DNA of 64,000 bases from Bacteroidota bacterium (GTDB lineage: Bacteria; Bacteroidota; Bacteroidia; Bacteroidales; UBA10428), in assembly GCA_003252385.1 (NCBI GenBank), contig QKEH01000139.1, positions 22,598 through 86,597 on the forward strand, given 5' to 3'. A model generated the notes under the pieces. That model searched no databases and was not told the DNA's origin. It saw only the letters and a list, made by a program, of their open reading frames with translations. Positions 1-8,526 of the stretch are shown piece by piece. The position numbers were made by a program, and so were the translations under genes. The stretch's first letter is position 1. Every line of letters begins with the position of its first letter.

Positions 1-922
1 TACGGTCAAGCGGTTCCAGATAGGTCAGCACCGGGAGACGCCCGATGATTTCGGGAATCAGCCCAAACGATTTCAAGTCTTGAGGGGCGATATACTGAAG
101 CAGGTTTTGCCGATCGACTGTGTCCAGGTTCTTCGAAGCATTGTAACCTACCACTTTGGTGTTCAGACGCATTCCAATTTTCTTCTCGATACCATCGAAT
201 GCCCCGCCGCAAATAAAAAGAATGTTCTTGGTATCCACCGGAATCATTTTCTGATCGGGATGTTTACGTCCCCCCTGTGGCGGAACATTAATCACGGATC
301 CCTCCAGTAGCTTGAGCAATCCTTGTTGAACGCCTTCGCCGGAAACATCGCGGGTAATGGAAGGGTTGTCGGACTTCCGCGCAATCTTGTCGATTTCGTC
401 GATAAAAACAATTCCTTTCTCAGCAGCTTCCACGTTATAATCGGCCACCTGGAGCAAACGGGTGAGTATGCTCTCTATATCCTCGCCCACATATCCCGCT
501 TCGGTAAGCACAGTAGCATCTACAATGGTAAAGGGTACGTTCAGTAAGCGGGCAATGGTTCGAGCCATAAGGGTCTTCCCCGTTCCTGTGGCTCCTACCA
601 ATATGATGTTCGATTTGTCAATCTCCACCTCTTCGTCCTTTCGGTGGTGGTGCATCAGTCGCTTGTAGTGGTTGTAAACCGCGACGGACAGGTACTTCTT
701 AGCTTCGTCCTGTCCAATGATGTATTCATCGAGGAAGCGTTTGATCTCGGTGGGTTTAACCAGTTGAATGGAATTGATGTCGAAATCGTCCGATTTCTTA
801 AGTTCTTCCTGCACGATATCGTATGCCTGCTCAATGCAGTTATCGCAAATATGTCCCGATATACCTGCAATCAAAAGGTTAGTGTCTCGTTTTTCTCTTC
901 CGCAGAATGAACATCTATCCAT
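1..922 (-). CDS. clpX: ATP-dependent Clp protease ATP-binding subunit ClpX (3' end cut by window edge)
   Basis: The ORF track omits it because it runs off the window edge. Reverse translation from the ATG (complement of 920-922) gives [27 protein letters not shown] (C4 zinc ribbon). Further in there is a Walker A GATGTGKT (around 575-600), and the frame is open to position 1 (...[19 protein letters not shown]). It lies directly downstream of clpP in the canonical tig-clpP-clpX order. Confidence 0.9.
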   Translation of the reverse strand, partial: MDRCSFCGREKRDTNLLIAGISGHICDNCIEQAYDIVQEELKKSDDFDINSIQLVKPTEIKRFLDEYIIGQDEAKKYLSVAVYNHYKRLMHHHRKDEEVEIDKSNIILVGATGTGKTLMARTIARLLNVPFTIVDATVLTEAGYVGEDIESILTRLLQVADYNVEAAEKGIVFIDEIDKIARKSDNPSITRDVSGEGVQQGLLKLLEGSVINVPPQGGRKHPDQKMIPVDTKNILFICGGAFDGIEKKIGMRLNTKVVGYNASKNLDTVDRQNLLQYIAPQDLKSFGLIPEIIGRLPVLTYLEPLDR

Positions 923-929
923 GGTACTG

Positions 930-1604
930 TTATTTGGTGCGTAGAAGAACCTCATCAACCATGCCGTAGGCCTTGGCTTCTTCGGAGGTCATCCAGTAAT
1001 CGCGGTCCGAATCTTTTTCAACTGTTTTTACCGGCGTGCCGCTGTGATCGGAAATGATCTTATACAGCTCCGCCTTCAATTTCACAATCTCACGGGTGGT
1101 GATTTCAATATCCGAGGCCTGTCCCTGAGCTCCTCCCATGGGTTGATGGATCATTACCCGGGAATGTTTCAGTGCCGAGCGCTTGCCCTTGGTTCCGGCA
1201 CATAACAAAACGGCTGCCATGGAGGCTGCCATGCCTGTGCATATAGTGGCCACATCGGAACTGATGTATTGCATGGTGTCGTAAATCCCCAAACCTGCAT
1301 ATACCGATCCACCGGGAGAATTGAAATAGATCTGAATGTCTTTCCCGGGATCCGTAGAATCGAGATATAGCAGCTGAGCCTGGATGACGTTGGCTACATA
1401 ATCATCAATGGGCAGTCCCAGAAAGATGATCCGATCCATCATCAATCGCGAAAAAACGTCCATGGACGCAATGTTCAGCTGACGCTCTTCAATAATAGTG
1501 GGTGAAATATAGCTGTTGTACGCAGAGGAAACACGATGCATGGTCATGCTGCTGATTCCTCTGTGCTGGGTTGCAAATTTCTGAAAATCGTTAAAATCTA
1601 CCAT
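930..1604 (-). CDS. clpP: ATP-dependent Clp protease proteolytic subunit ClpP
   Basis: 224-aa ORF with ClpP hallmarks: [24 protein letters not shown], the [12 protein letters not shown] catalytic Ser region and MIHQPMGG. Confidence 0.95.
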   Translation of the reverse strand: MVDFNDFQKFATQHRGISSMTMHRVSSAYNSYISPTIIEERQLNIASMDVFSRLMMDRIIFLGLPIDDYVANVIQAQLLYLDSTDPGKDIQIYFNSPGGSVYAGLGIYDTMQYISSDVATICTGMAASMAAVLLCAGTKGKRSALKHSRVMIHQPMGGAQGQASDIEITTREIVKLKAELYKIISDHSGTPVKTVEKDSDRDYWMTSEEAKAYGMVDEVLLRTK

Positions 1605-1641
1605 AAGTACCTTACTTGATTAAACCAAAGTAAAGTTAGTA

Positions 1642-3000
1642 CTATTTTTCAAACAATTTGTTGAATTTCTCCGTGGTCACTTCCTTCTCGTCGATTTTGG
1701 CGCTGGCTTTAATATGAGCCAACACTTTATCTTCCACCGCCCGGGCACGCATGTTGTTGAAGTCTTCACGTTTTTCCAGCATGCGTTGTGCAAACTGCAC
1801 CAGGTGCTCATCTTCAATATGACCCATGCCGTATTGGGCAAATTGCATACGGGTGGTTTCTATGGCTACTTGCATAATTTCATCCTGACTAACTTCCAGC
1901 TCATTGCTCTTCATCAGATGATCTTTAATCAATTGCCATTTCAAATCTTCCCGGAAACTTTCAAAATCCTTGTCAATCTCTTCAGCGGTAAATTTTCCTT
2001 CGTTGATAGCAAACAACCAACGTTTCAGAAAAGCTTCGGGCAATTCCAGTTTGGCTTTCTTCAGAAGGTTTTCTTTGGAGTCAATGCGGAATCGGTATTC
2101 GCTATCCTGTACGAGGCTTTTTTCAATTTGCTCGACCACTTTTATGCGGAATTCTTCTTCCGATTTTACCTCCCCGGAACCAAAAACTTTATCGAACAAT
2201 TCCTGGTTGACTTCAGCATTTTTAAAACGGCTTACTGATTTCAGGGTCAGCTCAAAATGACCGGTTAATGCTTCGGCCTCATCGCGGGTAATTTTCAGCA
2301 TACCGGCAATCTCGGCATTGCTGGGGTAGGCCTTTTTCAGGTCAATCACCATGGAAGCATCTATAACCAGTTTCAGCAGTTCTTTTTTAATCGCTTCGTC
2401 TTTGGCGCTTTGAATAGACAGAGTGGCTTCTTCCACCTGGATACCTTCTTCCATAACCTTACCTTCGGCATCAAGTTGTTTCAGGTTCACGCGCAGTATA
2501 TCGGTTTCCAGTGGAGCTTCGTCCAGTTCGATAAATTCGCCCAAACGCTGGGTGTAATTCTCAATGGTTTTATGGATTAAGTCCTCGTCCACCTGTATTT
2601 TATAATAGGTGAACTTATCTTTGGATGTAACTTTAAGATCCATCTCTGGAGCCAGACCCAGGTCGAATTTAAATTCAAAGCTTTCATCGTTATCCCAATC
2701 AATGCGTTGAGCATCTTCCATATTAGGCAGGGGATCGCCCAGTACGTGCAGTTTTTGTTCTACCAGGTACTTGGAGATGGATTCCGAAACCAGTTTGTTC
2801 ACCTCTTCCACCAGCACCGGCTTGCGGTACAGTTTTGTTATGAGTCCAAAAGGAACTTTTCCCGGACGAAAACCATCCACACGGGCCTTTTTGCGGTATT
2901 CTTTGAGGCTGTTACTAACGCGTTCTTCGTAATCGGCTTTTTCGAGCGTAACGCTAAGAACGGCATTTAACTTGTCAGAATCTACTTTACTAATGTTCAT
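1642..3000 (-). CDS. tig: Trigger factor (peptidyl-prolyl isomerase chaperone)
   Basis: 452-aa ORF. The N-terminus (VDGFRPGKVPFGLI) matches the trigger-factor ribosome-binding motif GFRxGxxP. It sits upstream of clpP-clpX. Confidence 0.9.
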   Translation of the reverse strand: MNISKVDSDKLNAVLSVTLEKADYEERVSNSLKEYRKKARVDGFRPGKVPFGLITKLYRKPVLVEEVNKLVSESISKYLVEQKLHVLGDPLPNMEDAQRIDWDNDESFEFKFDLGLAPEMDLKVTSKDKFTYYKIQVDEDLIHKTIENYTQRLGEFIELDEAPLETDILRVNLKQLDAEGKVMEEGIQVEEATLSIQSAKDEAIKKELLKLVIDASMVIDLKKAYPSNAEIAGMLKITRDEAEALTGHFELTLKSVSRFKNAEVNQELFDKVFGSGEVKSEEEFRIKVVEQIEKSLVQDSEYRFRIDSKENLLKKAKLELPEAFLKRWLFAINEGKFTAEEIDKDFESFREDLKWQLIKDHLMKSNELEVSQDEIMQVAIETTRMQFAQYGMGHIEDEHLVQFAQRMLEKREDFNNMRARAVEDKVLAHIKASAKIDEKEVTTEKFNKLFEK

Positions 3001-3164
3001 ATATCCAATATTTATCGCTTACTATAAAAAATCGCCAACACTAACGGGTTGCGAGAGTATTAGCGGTTACGATTTTGGGGAACAATACAGCACTAAATAA
3101 GCACTTGTTTTCGTCCACCATGCCGACATATTATCCGGTAAACAGGAAAGCTATCGACCCCATG

Positions 3165-3246
3165 TGCGGATGAAGGGACTCGAACCCCCACGCCCGAAGG
3201 CACTAGATCCTAAGTCTAGCGCGGCTACCAATTACGCCACATCCGC
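3165..3246 (-). tRNA. tRNA-Leu (anticodon TAG), long variable arm
   Basis: The reverse complement is GCGGATGTGGCGTAATTGGTAGCCGCGCTAGACTTAGGATCTAGTGCCTTCGGGCGTGGGGGTTCGAGTCCCTTCATCCGCA. It folds with acceptor GCGGATG/CATCCGC, anticodon stem CTAGA/TCTAG with loop CTTAGGA, a long variable arm and T-loop TTCGAGT. Confidence 0.85.
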
Positions 3247-3515
3247 AAAACGAGTGGCAAAGATACTATAAATTTCTAATATGGAAGGATTTTCGTTGAA
3301 ATTTCATGGGAAATTGCGGAGCCTCCCTCTGATAACATTGCCCCGGAAAGGATACGATGCTTTTTTGCATAAACCGCTCACCGAAATAACAACTCAAGAG
3401 GACGGTATCCGGAAGCTGTTTTGTCGGAATAATGAATAAGCCCAACCTAAAGTAGACCGGAATTCGCCCGGTTAATTCGTTTTTTTTTCGTAATTTTTTA
3501 CTTCAAACGCCACTC

Positions 3516-5861
3516 ATGAACTCGAAAGCATCGAACATTCTGATTGTGGATGACCAGATGGAGAACCGCACCCTGCTGGAAGCCTATCTGGAGGAACTGC
3601 CCGTGAGCATTGATGAAGCAGCCTCAGGCCCCGAGGCCTTGAAGAAGCTCCGGGAGCGGGAATACGTTATGGTACTTCTGGATGTGCAAATGCCCGGCAT
3701 GGATGGCTTTCAGGTGTTGGAAACCATGCGCTCCGAACCCGCCCTGGCCGATGTGCCGGTGATCTTTGTTTCAGCCATTTCCAATTCCGATGAACACATT
3801 ATCCGGGGTATTACCGGCGGAGCAGTGGACTTCATCCCCAAACCGGTAAACGGCACCATATTGACCAGTAAGGTATCGAATTTTATCAGTATGATCGAGA
3901 AACAGAAGAAACTCGACCAACTGGTTAAAAAACTGGAACGTACCAATCAACGCCTGAAAGAAAACGAACATAAGTTCAAGCGCATCACTCAATCGGCCAG
4001 CGATGGAATTATTCTGCTGAATGCTTCCGGGGACATCCGCTTTTGGAATGTGGCTTCCTCGCGAATATTTGGGTACAACAAGTTCGAACTTTTAGGGGAA
4101 AGTTTTCGTCAAACCCTGATAGCCCCAAAATCGCATGCCGCATTGGAAGAGCATTTTGAGGCACTGCGCAATTCGCAAAACCGCTTACTTCAACCCATAC
4201 GCATTACTGCGATAAAACAAAACGGACTCGAATTTCCCGTTGAACTCTCGCTGGGGCTTTTCCAAACCGCCGACAATGAGACCAACTACACGGTAATTGT
4301 TCGCGATATGACCCAGCGTGACAAAATGGAGAAAGAAGCCCAGGAAGCACGCGAGCTCCGAGAATCGAACAAAGTGATTAAGGAATTTATGGACAACGTG
4401 AGCCACGAGATGCGAACTCCAATGAATGCTATCATCGGCATTTCGAACATGTTCCTTAAGTACCAATCCGACAACCTTACCGAAAAACAGAAAGAAGGGC
4501 TGACCATGATTCAGCAAAGTGGTACACGCCTGCTGGATATGATTAACGATGTACTGGATATTTCGCGCATCGAATCGCATAAAGTAATGGTTCAGCTGGA
4601 AGCTTTTAATCCGGATGAGTTGCTGGCTACCATACGCAGCATGGTTCTCAGCCTTATTGAATCCAAACCAATTAAATTCCGGATTCAGAAAAGCCCTTCC
4701 GTACCGGACACCCTGGTGTCGGATCCAAAAAAACTGCAACAAATACTCATCAACCTGCTCAGCAATGCTGTAAAATTCACCCCCGAGGGCCGTATTCACT
4801 TGAACCTCCATTACAAAGACTCCCAACTGCATGTTGAAGTGGAAGATTCCGGTATAGGAATAGCACCGGATGCCCATTCCAAAATCTTTCAACGCTTCCA
4901 GCAAATCGACAATACCGCGAGTAAGGAATATCAAGGTACCGGACTGGGCTTGCACATAGTAAGCAAACTCCTTGAACTCTTAGGTGGGGGAATTTCTGTC
5001 GAAAGCCAGCCACAAACCGGCACCATCATGCGTTTCTGGGTTCCGGTAAGCTCCCCCGATACCCACGATGCCAGCCTGCAGGAAAGAAGCTACTCCCGGA
5101 AAATATCCTGGTACGGGCTCGACGATAGCAACAAAAAACTGGCCCTCATTGTAGACTCCAACCTCAACCACCAATTTCTGTTTACCAACTTGTTACGCGA
5201 GGCCAACTTCCGCTTTGTGTCGTGCTACGATGCCCACCACGGATTACTTTTAACGAATGAATTACTACCCGATTTGCTGATACTCAATATGGAAATGCCC
5301 AAAGTACAAGGGGTTCCTTACCTCGACCGGTTGAAGCAAACCAACGACCATCTCCGGCTTCCCATACTGGCCTTTACCTCCATTGAAAATCCGCATTTCA
5401 ACATACAGGGACTTACTCTCGAATTGTACAAAGGAATACTGGAAGAAAGCCGGCTTCTGACCGCCATCCAAAACCTGTCCCTGATCGAGAATGCACCCAA
5501 AATTTGCAACTGGTTGTACTTATACGAACATGCTGAACTGCCAAAAAACATGCTCCCTTCCGGCGCGGCCTGTTTCAAAAATGAGCATCCCGAAACAGCA
5601 CGTTTGGCCATCGAACGAAGATTTGTCCAACATTTGCTGCTCGACGGACTATCATCCGAAGGGCCTAACCTGCAGCTGATTGAAACACTGATCCTGCATC
5701 ACCATCGAATGCCAGATCTGATCCTGATTTCCGACGATCCGAACCCACTTCGATCGGTATCGCTGCAAAATCTGCCTTACCGACAAATCACATCAACGGA
5801 TCTGGCACGTGCCGGCACATTGGAAGCCGCTTTGTTGACCCTCCACCCCCCTAAATTGTGA
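3516..5861 (+). CDS. Hybrid sensor: N-terminal receiver, PAS, HisKA, HATPase, then C-terminal degenerate receiver-like region
   Basis: REC motifs (ILIVDD..., LLDVQMPGMDG), a PAS region (SASDGIILLNASGDIRFWN), H-box SHEMRTPMNAIIG and G-box GTGLGLHIV. The C-terminal region has a receiver-like pattern in which the acceptor position reads LLILNMEMP (Asn in place of Asp). Confidence 0.85.
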   Translation: MNSKASNILIVDDQMENRTLLEAYLEELPVSIDEAASGPEALKKLREREYVMVLLDVQMPGMDGFQVLETMRSEPALADVPVIFVSAISNSDEHIIRGITGGAVDFIPKPVNGTILTSKVSNFISMIEKQKKLDQLVKKLERTNQRLKENEHKFKRITQSASDGIILLNASGDIRFWNVASSRIFGYNKFELLGESFRQTLIAPKSHAALEEHFEALRNSQNRLLQPIRITAIKQNGLEFPVELSLGLFQTADNETNYTVIVRDMTQRDKMEKEAQEARELRESNKVIKEFMDNVSHEMRTPMNAIIGISNMFLKYQSDNLTEKQKEGLTMIQQSGTRLLDMINDVLDISRIESHKVMVQLEAFNPDELLATIRSMVLSLIESKPIKFRIQKSPSVPDTLVSDPKKLQQILINLLSNAVKFTPEGRIHLNLHYKDSQLHVEVEDSGIGIAPDAHSKIFQRFQQIDNTASKEYQGTGLGLHIVSKLLELLGGGISVESQPQTGTIMRFWVPVSSPDTHDASLQERSYSRKISWYGLDDSNKKLALIVDSNLNHQFLFTNLLREANFRFVSCYDAHHGLLLTNELLPDLLILNMEMPKVQGVPYLDRLKQTNDHLRLPILAFTSIENPHFNIQGLTLELYKGILEESRLLTAIQNLSLIENAPKICNWLYLYEHAELPKNMLPSGAACFKNEHPETARLAIERRFVQHLLLDGLSSEGPNLQLIETLILHHHRMPDLILISDDPNPLRSVSLQNLPYRQITSTDLARAGTLEAALLTLHPPKL

Positions 5862-5864
5862 ACC

Positions 5865-6962
5865 ATGAGTAAACCCGTAATACTTGTTGTTGATGACGAA
5901 CCGGCTAATCAGTTTTTGTTGGAAGGCCTCTTGAACGCCAACCATTACGAACCCCTGGTAGCCAGTCATGGGGCCGAATGTCTGGCCATGTTGGAAGAAA
6001 GCTCCCCCGATTTGATCCTGTTGGATATTATGATGCCCAAAATGACAGGAATTGAGGTGCTGGAACGCATCATGAAGTCGGATCGATTGAAAACCATTCC
6101 GGTGATCATGGTATCGGCCAAAACCGCTTCGGCGGATATTCAGGAAGCCCTGAATCTGGGAGCCATCGACTATATTAAGAAACCCTTCGACGAAATGGAA
6201 TTGCTGGCTCGGGTAAAAGTGGGTGTAAGGCTCAAACAAAACGAAGACGGTTTGCGTGAAATGATCCAGCAACGCGATGAATTTGTAAAAATCATATCAC
6301 ACGACCTGCGCTCACCCTTTTCGGCCATACACGGGTTTGCCGAACTTCTGGCGCAGAGCGACAACCTCTCCGACAACCAGCGACGATCGCTCGATTATAT
6401 TATCAAATCGGTAGAATTCAGCGATGAGTATTTCAACAAGCTGCTTAGTTGGAGTATGGTCAGTCATGGCGACCTGGGTTTGTCGCGTAAAATATTTCCG
6501 TTGGATATTTTTGTTGAAAGTATTTTCTGTGTTTTTGGTAAAAAGGCACGTGATAAAAACATCCGGCTGATTAATCAGGTAGAACCCACCACGCTGATCA
6601 ATGCAGATGAAACATTTTTCCGACAAGCGGTTTCGAATCTGCTGAACAACTCCATCAAATTCACCGAAGAAAAGGGCGAAATAGCCCTGATATCGAAAAG
6701 AAACGGCGATGGAATTCTGCTCATTGTTTCCGATAACGGTATAGGCATGCCTCCTGAATTAACCAACGAAAAGCTGTTCAGCAGTGAACTTACCGTATCG
6801 CAACGCGGCACCCATGGCGAGAAAGGAACGGGCATTGGACTGAATATCTGTAAAAAAATTCTGGATGCCCACGGCTTTGGCATTCACTATCAGAACAAGA
6901 AGAATGGGGGAACAGATTTTGTGATCCATATACCCAAATCGGCGAGCAGCCCCTGCAAATGA
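5865..6962 (+). CDS. Receiver-histidine kinase fusion (REC-HisKA-HATPase)
   Basis: REC motifs (ILVVDDEP, LLDIMMPKMTG, KKPF), H-box SHDLRSPFSAIHG, N-box NLLNNSIKFT and G-box GTGIGLNI. It starts 3 nt after the upstream kinase's stop codon. Confidence 0.85.
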   Translation: MSKPVILVVDDEPANQFLLEGLLNANHYEPLVASHGAECLAMLEESSPDLILLDIMMPKMTGIEVLERIMKSDRLKTIPVIMVSAKTASADIQEALNLGAIDYIKKPFDEMELLARVKVGVRLKQNEDGLREMIQQRDEFVKIISHDLRSPFSAIHGFAELLAQSDNLSDNQRRSLDYIIKSVEFSDEYFNKLLSWSMVSHGDLGLSRKIFPLDIFVESIFCVFGKKARDKNIRLINQVEPTTLINADETFFRQAVSNLLNNSIKFTEEKGEIALISKRNGDGILLIVSDNGIGMPPELTNEKLFSSELTVSQRGTHGEKGTGIGLNICKKILDAHGFGIHYQNKKNGGTDFVIHIPKSASSPCK

Positions 6963-7030
6963 TTCCTGCATATAGGTTGCACAGCCATTTTACCCCGGGA
7001 ACGATCCCTAAGAATTTAATAAAGAAGATG

Positions 7031-7507
7031 CTATCGAAACAACGTATAGATTAACGCAAGAGCCGTAAAAAGCAACAATACCATGGAACCTGCCAGGAAG
7101 AAAAGCATCCGCTTATGCCGGCGCTCCAGCTGCTTAACTCGCAGAAGATTTCGTATTTTTATCAGCACATTTTCTTTGGCAAATGAGTCCTTCACCAGAT
7201 AATCGAACGCCCCGCTTTTTATCGCTTCAATGGCCACGTCGATACTATGTTGCCCCGATAGAAAAATATACTCCACATTGGGGTATTTGGGCTTTACGCT
7301 TCGTATGGAATCGAGCCCGTTCATTCCCGGCAACTCATAATCCTGTATAATAATGATCGGATCTTTCCGATGCACTCTGGCCAGCATTTCCTCCACACTA
7401 AAAAAAGCGTGTACCTGATTAAATCCTTTACTCTCTAAAAAAGTACAGAGCAATGCATTCATGGGGGGGTCGTCTTCCACAACAAAAATCTGGGGTGTCT
7501 TTTTCAC
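7031..7507 (-). CDS. Single-domain response regulator with C-terminal transmembrane anchor
   Basis: 158 aa. Receiver motifs are IFVVEDDP, IIIIQDYELPGMNG and AFDYLVKD. The last ~25 aa (MLFFLAGSMVLLLFTALALIYTLF) are hydrophobic and no output domain is present. Confidence 0.75.
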   Translation of the reverse strand: MKKTPQIFVVEDDPPMNALLCTFLESKGFNQVHAFFSVEEMLARVHRKDPIIIIQDYELPGMNGLDSIRSVKPKYPNVEYIFLSGQHSIDVAIEAIKSGAFDYLVKDSFAKENVLIKIRNLLRVKQLERRHKRMLFFLAGSMVLLLFTALALIYTLFR

Positions 7508-7625
7508 GAAATACCTTTTTTGAATTCTCTATAAAAGATAGTTCGTTTATTTATGAGTGCCAATGGGAGAAAGAAAAAATCTATCTCCTTAAAAAACCGG
7601 CTGCCATGCAACCGGTTTCCAAACC

Positions 7626-8348
7626 TTATCGGAGGGTGAAGTTCTTTCCCAGATACACTTTGCGCACTTGCTCGTCGTTGGCCAAATCTTCGGCCGTCCC
7701 CGATTTTAGGATGTCTCCTTCGAACAACAGGTAGGCCCGGTCGGTAATTGAAAGGGTTTCGTGAACGTTGTGGTCAGTAATCAGTATTCCAATATTTTTC
7801 TGAATCAATTTCGAAACAATCTCCTGAATATCTTCTACGGCAATAGGATCGACGCCTGCAAAAGGTTCGTCCAGCAGAATGAATTTAGGATCTATGGCCA
7901 GCGCCCGGGCAATCTCAGTACGCCGACGCTCGCCCCCCGAAAGCTGAATACCCAGGCTCTTGCGTATTTTCTGTAATCCGAATTCGTTCAACAGCGACTC
8001 CACCCGATCTGCCTGCTCCTCCTTGGCCAATTTCGACATTTCCAGCACCGCCTTCAGGTTGTCTTCCACGGAAAGCTTGCGGAATACCGAAGCTTCCTGC
8101 GCCAGGTAGCCAATACCCATTTGCGCCCGCTTGTACACCGGTTCCCGGGTAATCTCTTTATCGTCCAGATAAATTTTACCACTGTTTGGGGTAATGAGTC
8201 CCACCATCATATAAAACGTAGTGGTTTTCCCTGCTCCGTTTGGACCCAGCAGCCCAACAATCTCACCCTGCTCCACTTCAACAGAAACTTCCTTAACTAC
8301 AGTGCGGTTGCGATAGCGTTTAACCAGGTCTTCGGTTCGTAATTTCAT
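7626..8348 (-). CDS. lptB: LPS export ABC transporter ATP-binding protein LptB
   Basis: Walker [10 protein letters not shown], signature LSGGERRR, Walker [13 protein letters not shown], and [10 protein letters not shown] plus a VRKVYLG tail typical of LptB. I chose the internal ATG at 8346-8348 ([12 protein letters not shown]...). The track ORF extends to 8483 with non-homologous-looking sequence. Confidence 0.85.
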   Translation of the reverse strand: MKLRTEDLVKRYRNRTVVKEVSVEVEQGEIVGLLGPNGAGKTTTFYMMVGLITPNSGKIYLDDKEITREPVYKRAQMGIGYLAQEASVFRKLSVEDNLKAVLEMSKLAKEEQADRVESLLNEFGLQKIRKSLGIQLSGGERRRTEIARALAIDPKFILLDEPFAGVDPIAVEDIQEIVSKLIQKNIGILITDHNVHETLSITDRAYLLFEGDILKSGTAEDLANDEQVRKVYLGKNFTLR

Positions 8349-8526
8349 GCGATGCGTATTTCTGATGGCGACAAATGTAACAATTTTTCCTGTTGCACAC
8401 ACGTAGTGTCTACGCCGGCACAAACCCACAGCCATGCGGGCATGCAGCGAGGACACTAGGTTCTGAAAACGGCAGTGCCGCATGCCCTGCAGCTTTTACC
8501 AATTAGCAAGCGCTCTCTAATGTATT

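Noticed and set aside
8425-8495. GC-rich partial inverted repeats (GGGCATGC ... GCATGCCC) between lptB and the DUF5686 gene
   Set aside because: The stem is only about 8 bp with a ~30-nt loop and no flanking U-run. It is not convincing as a terminator or regulatory structure.
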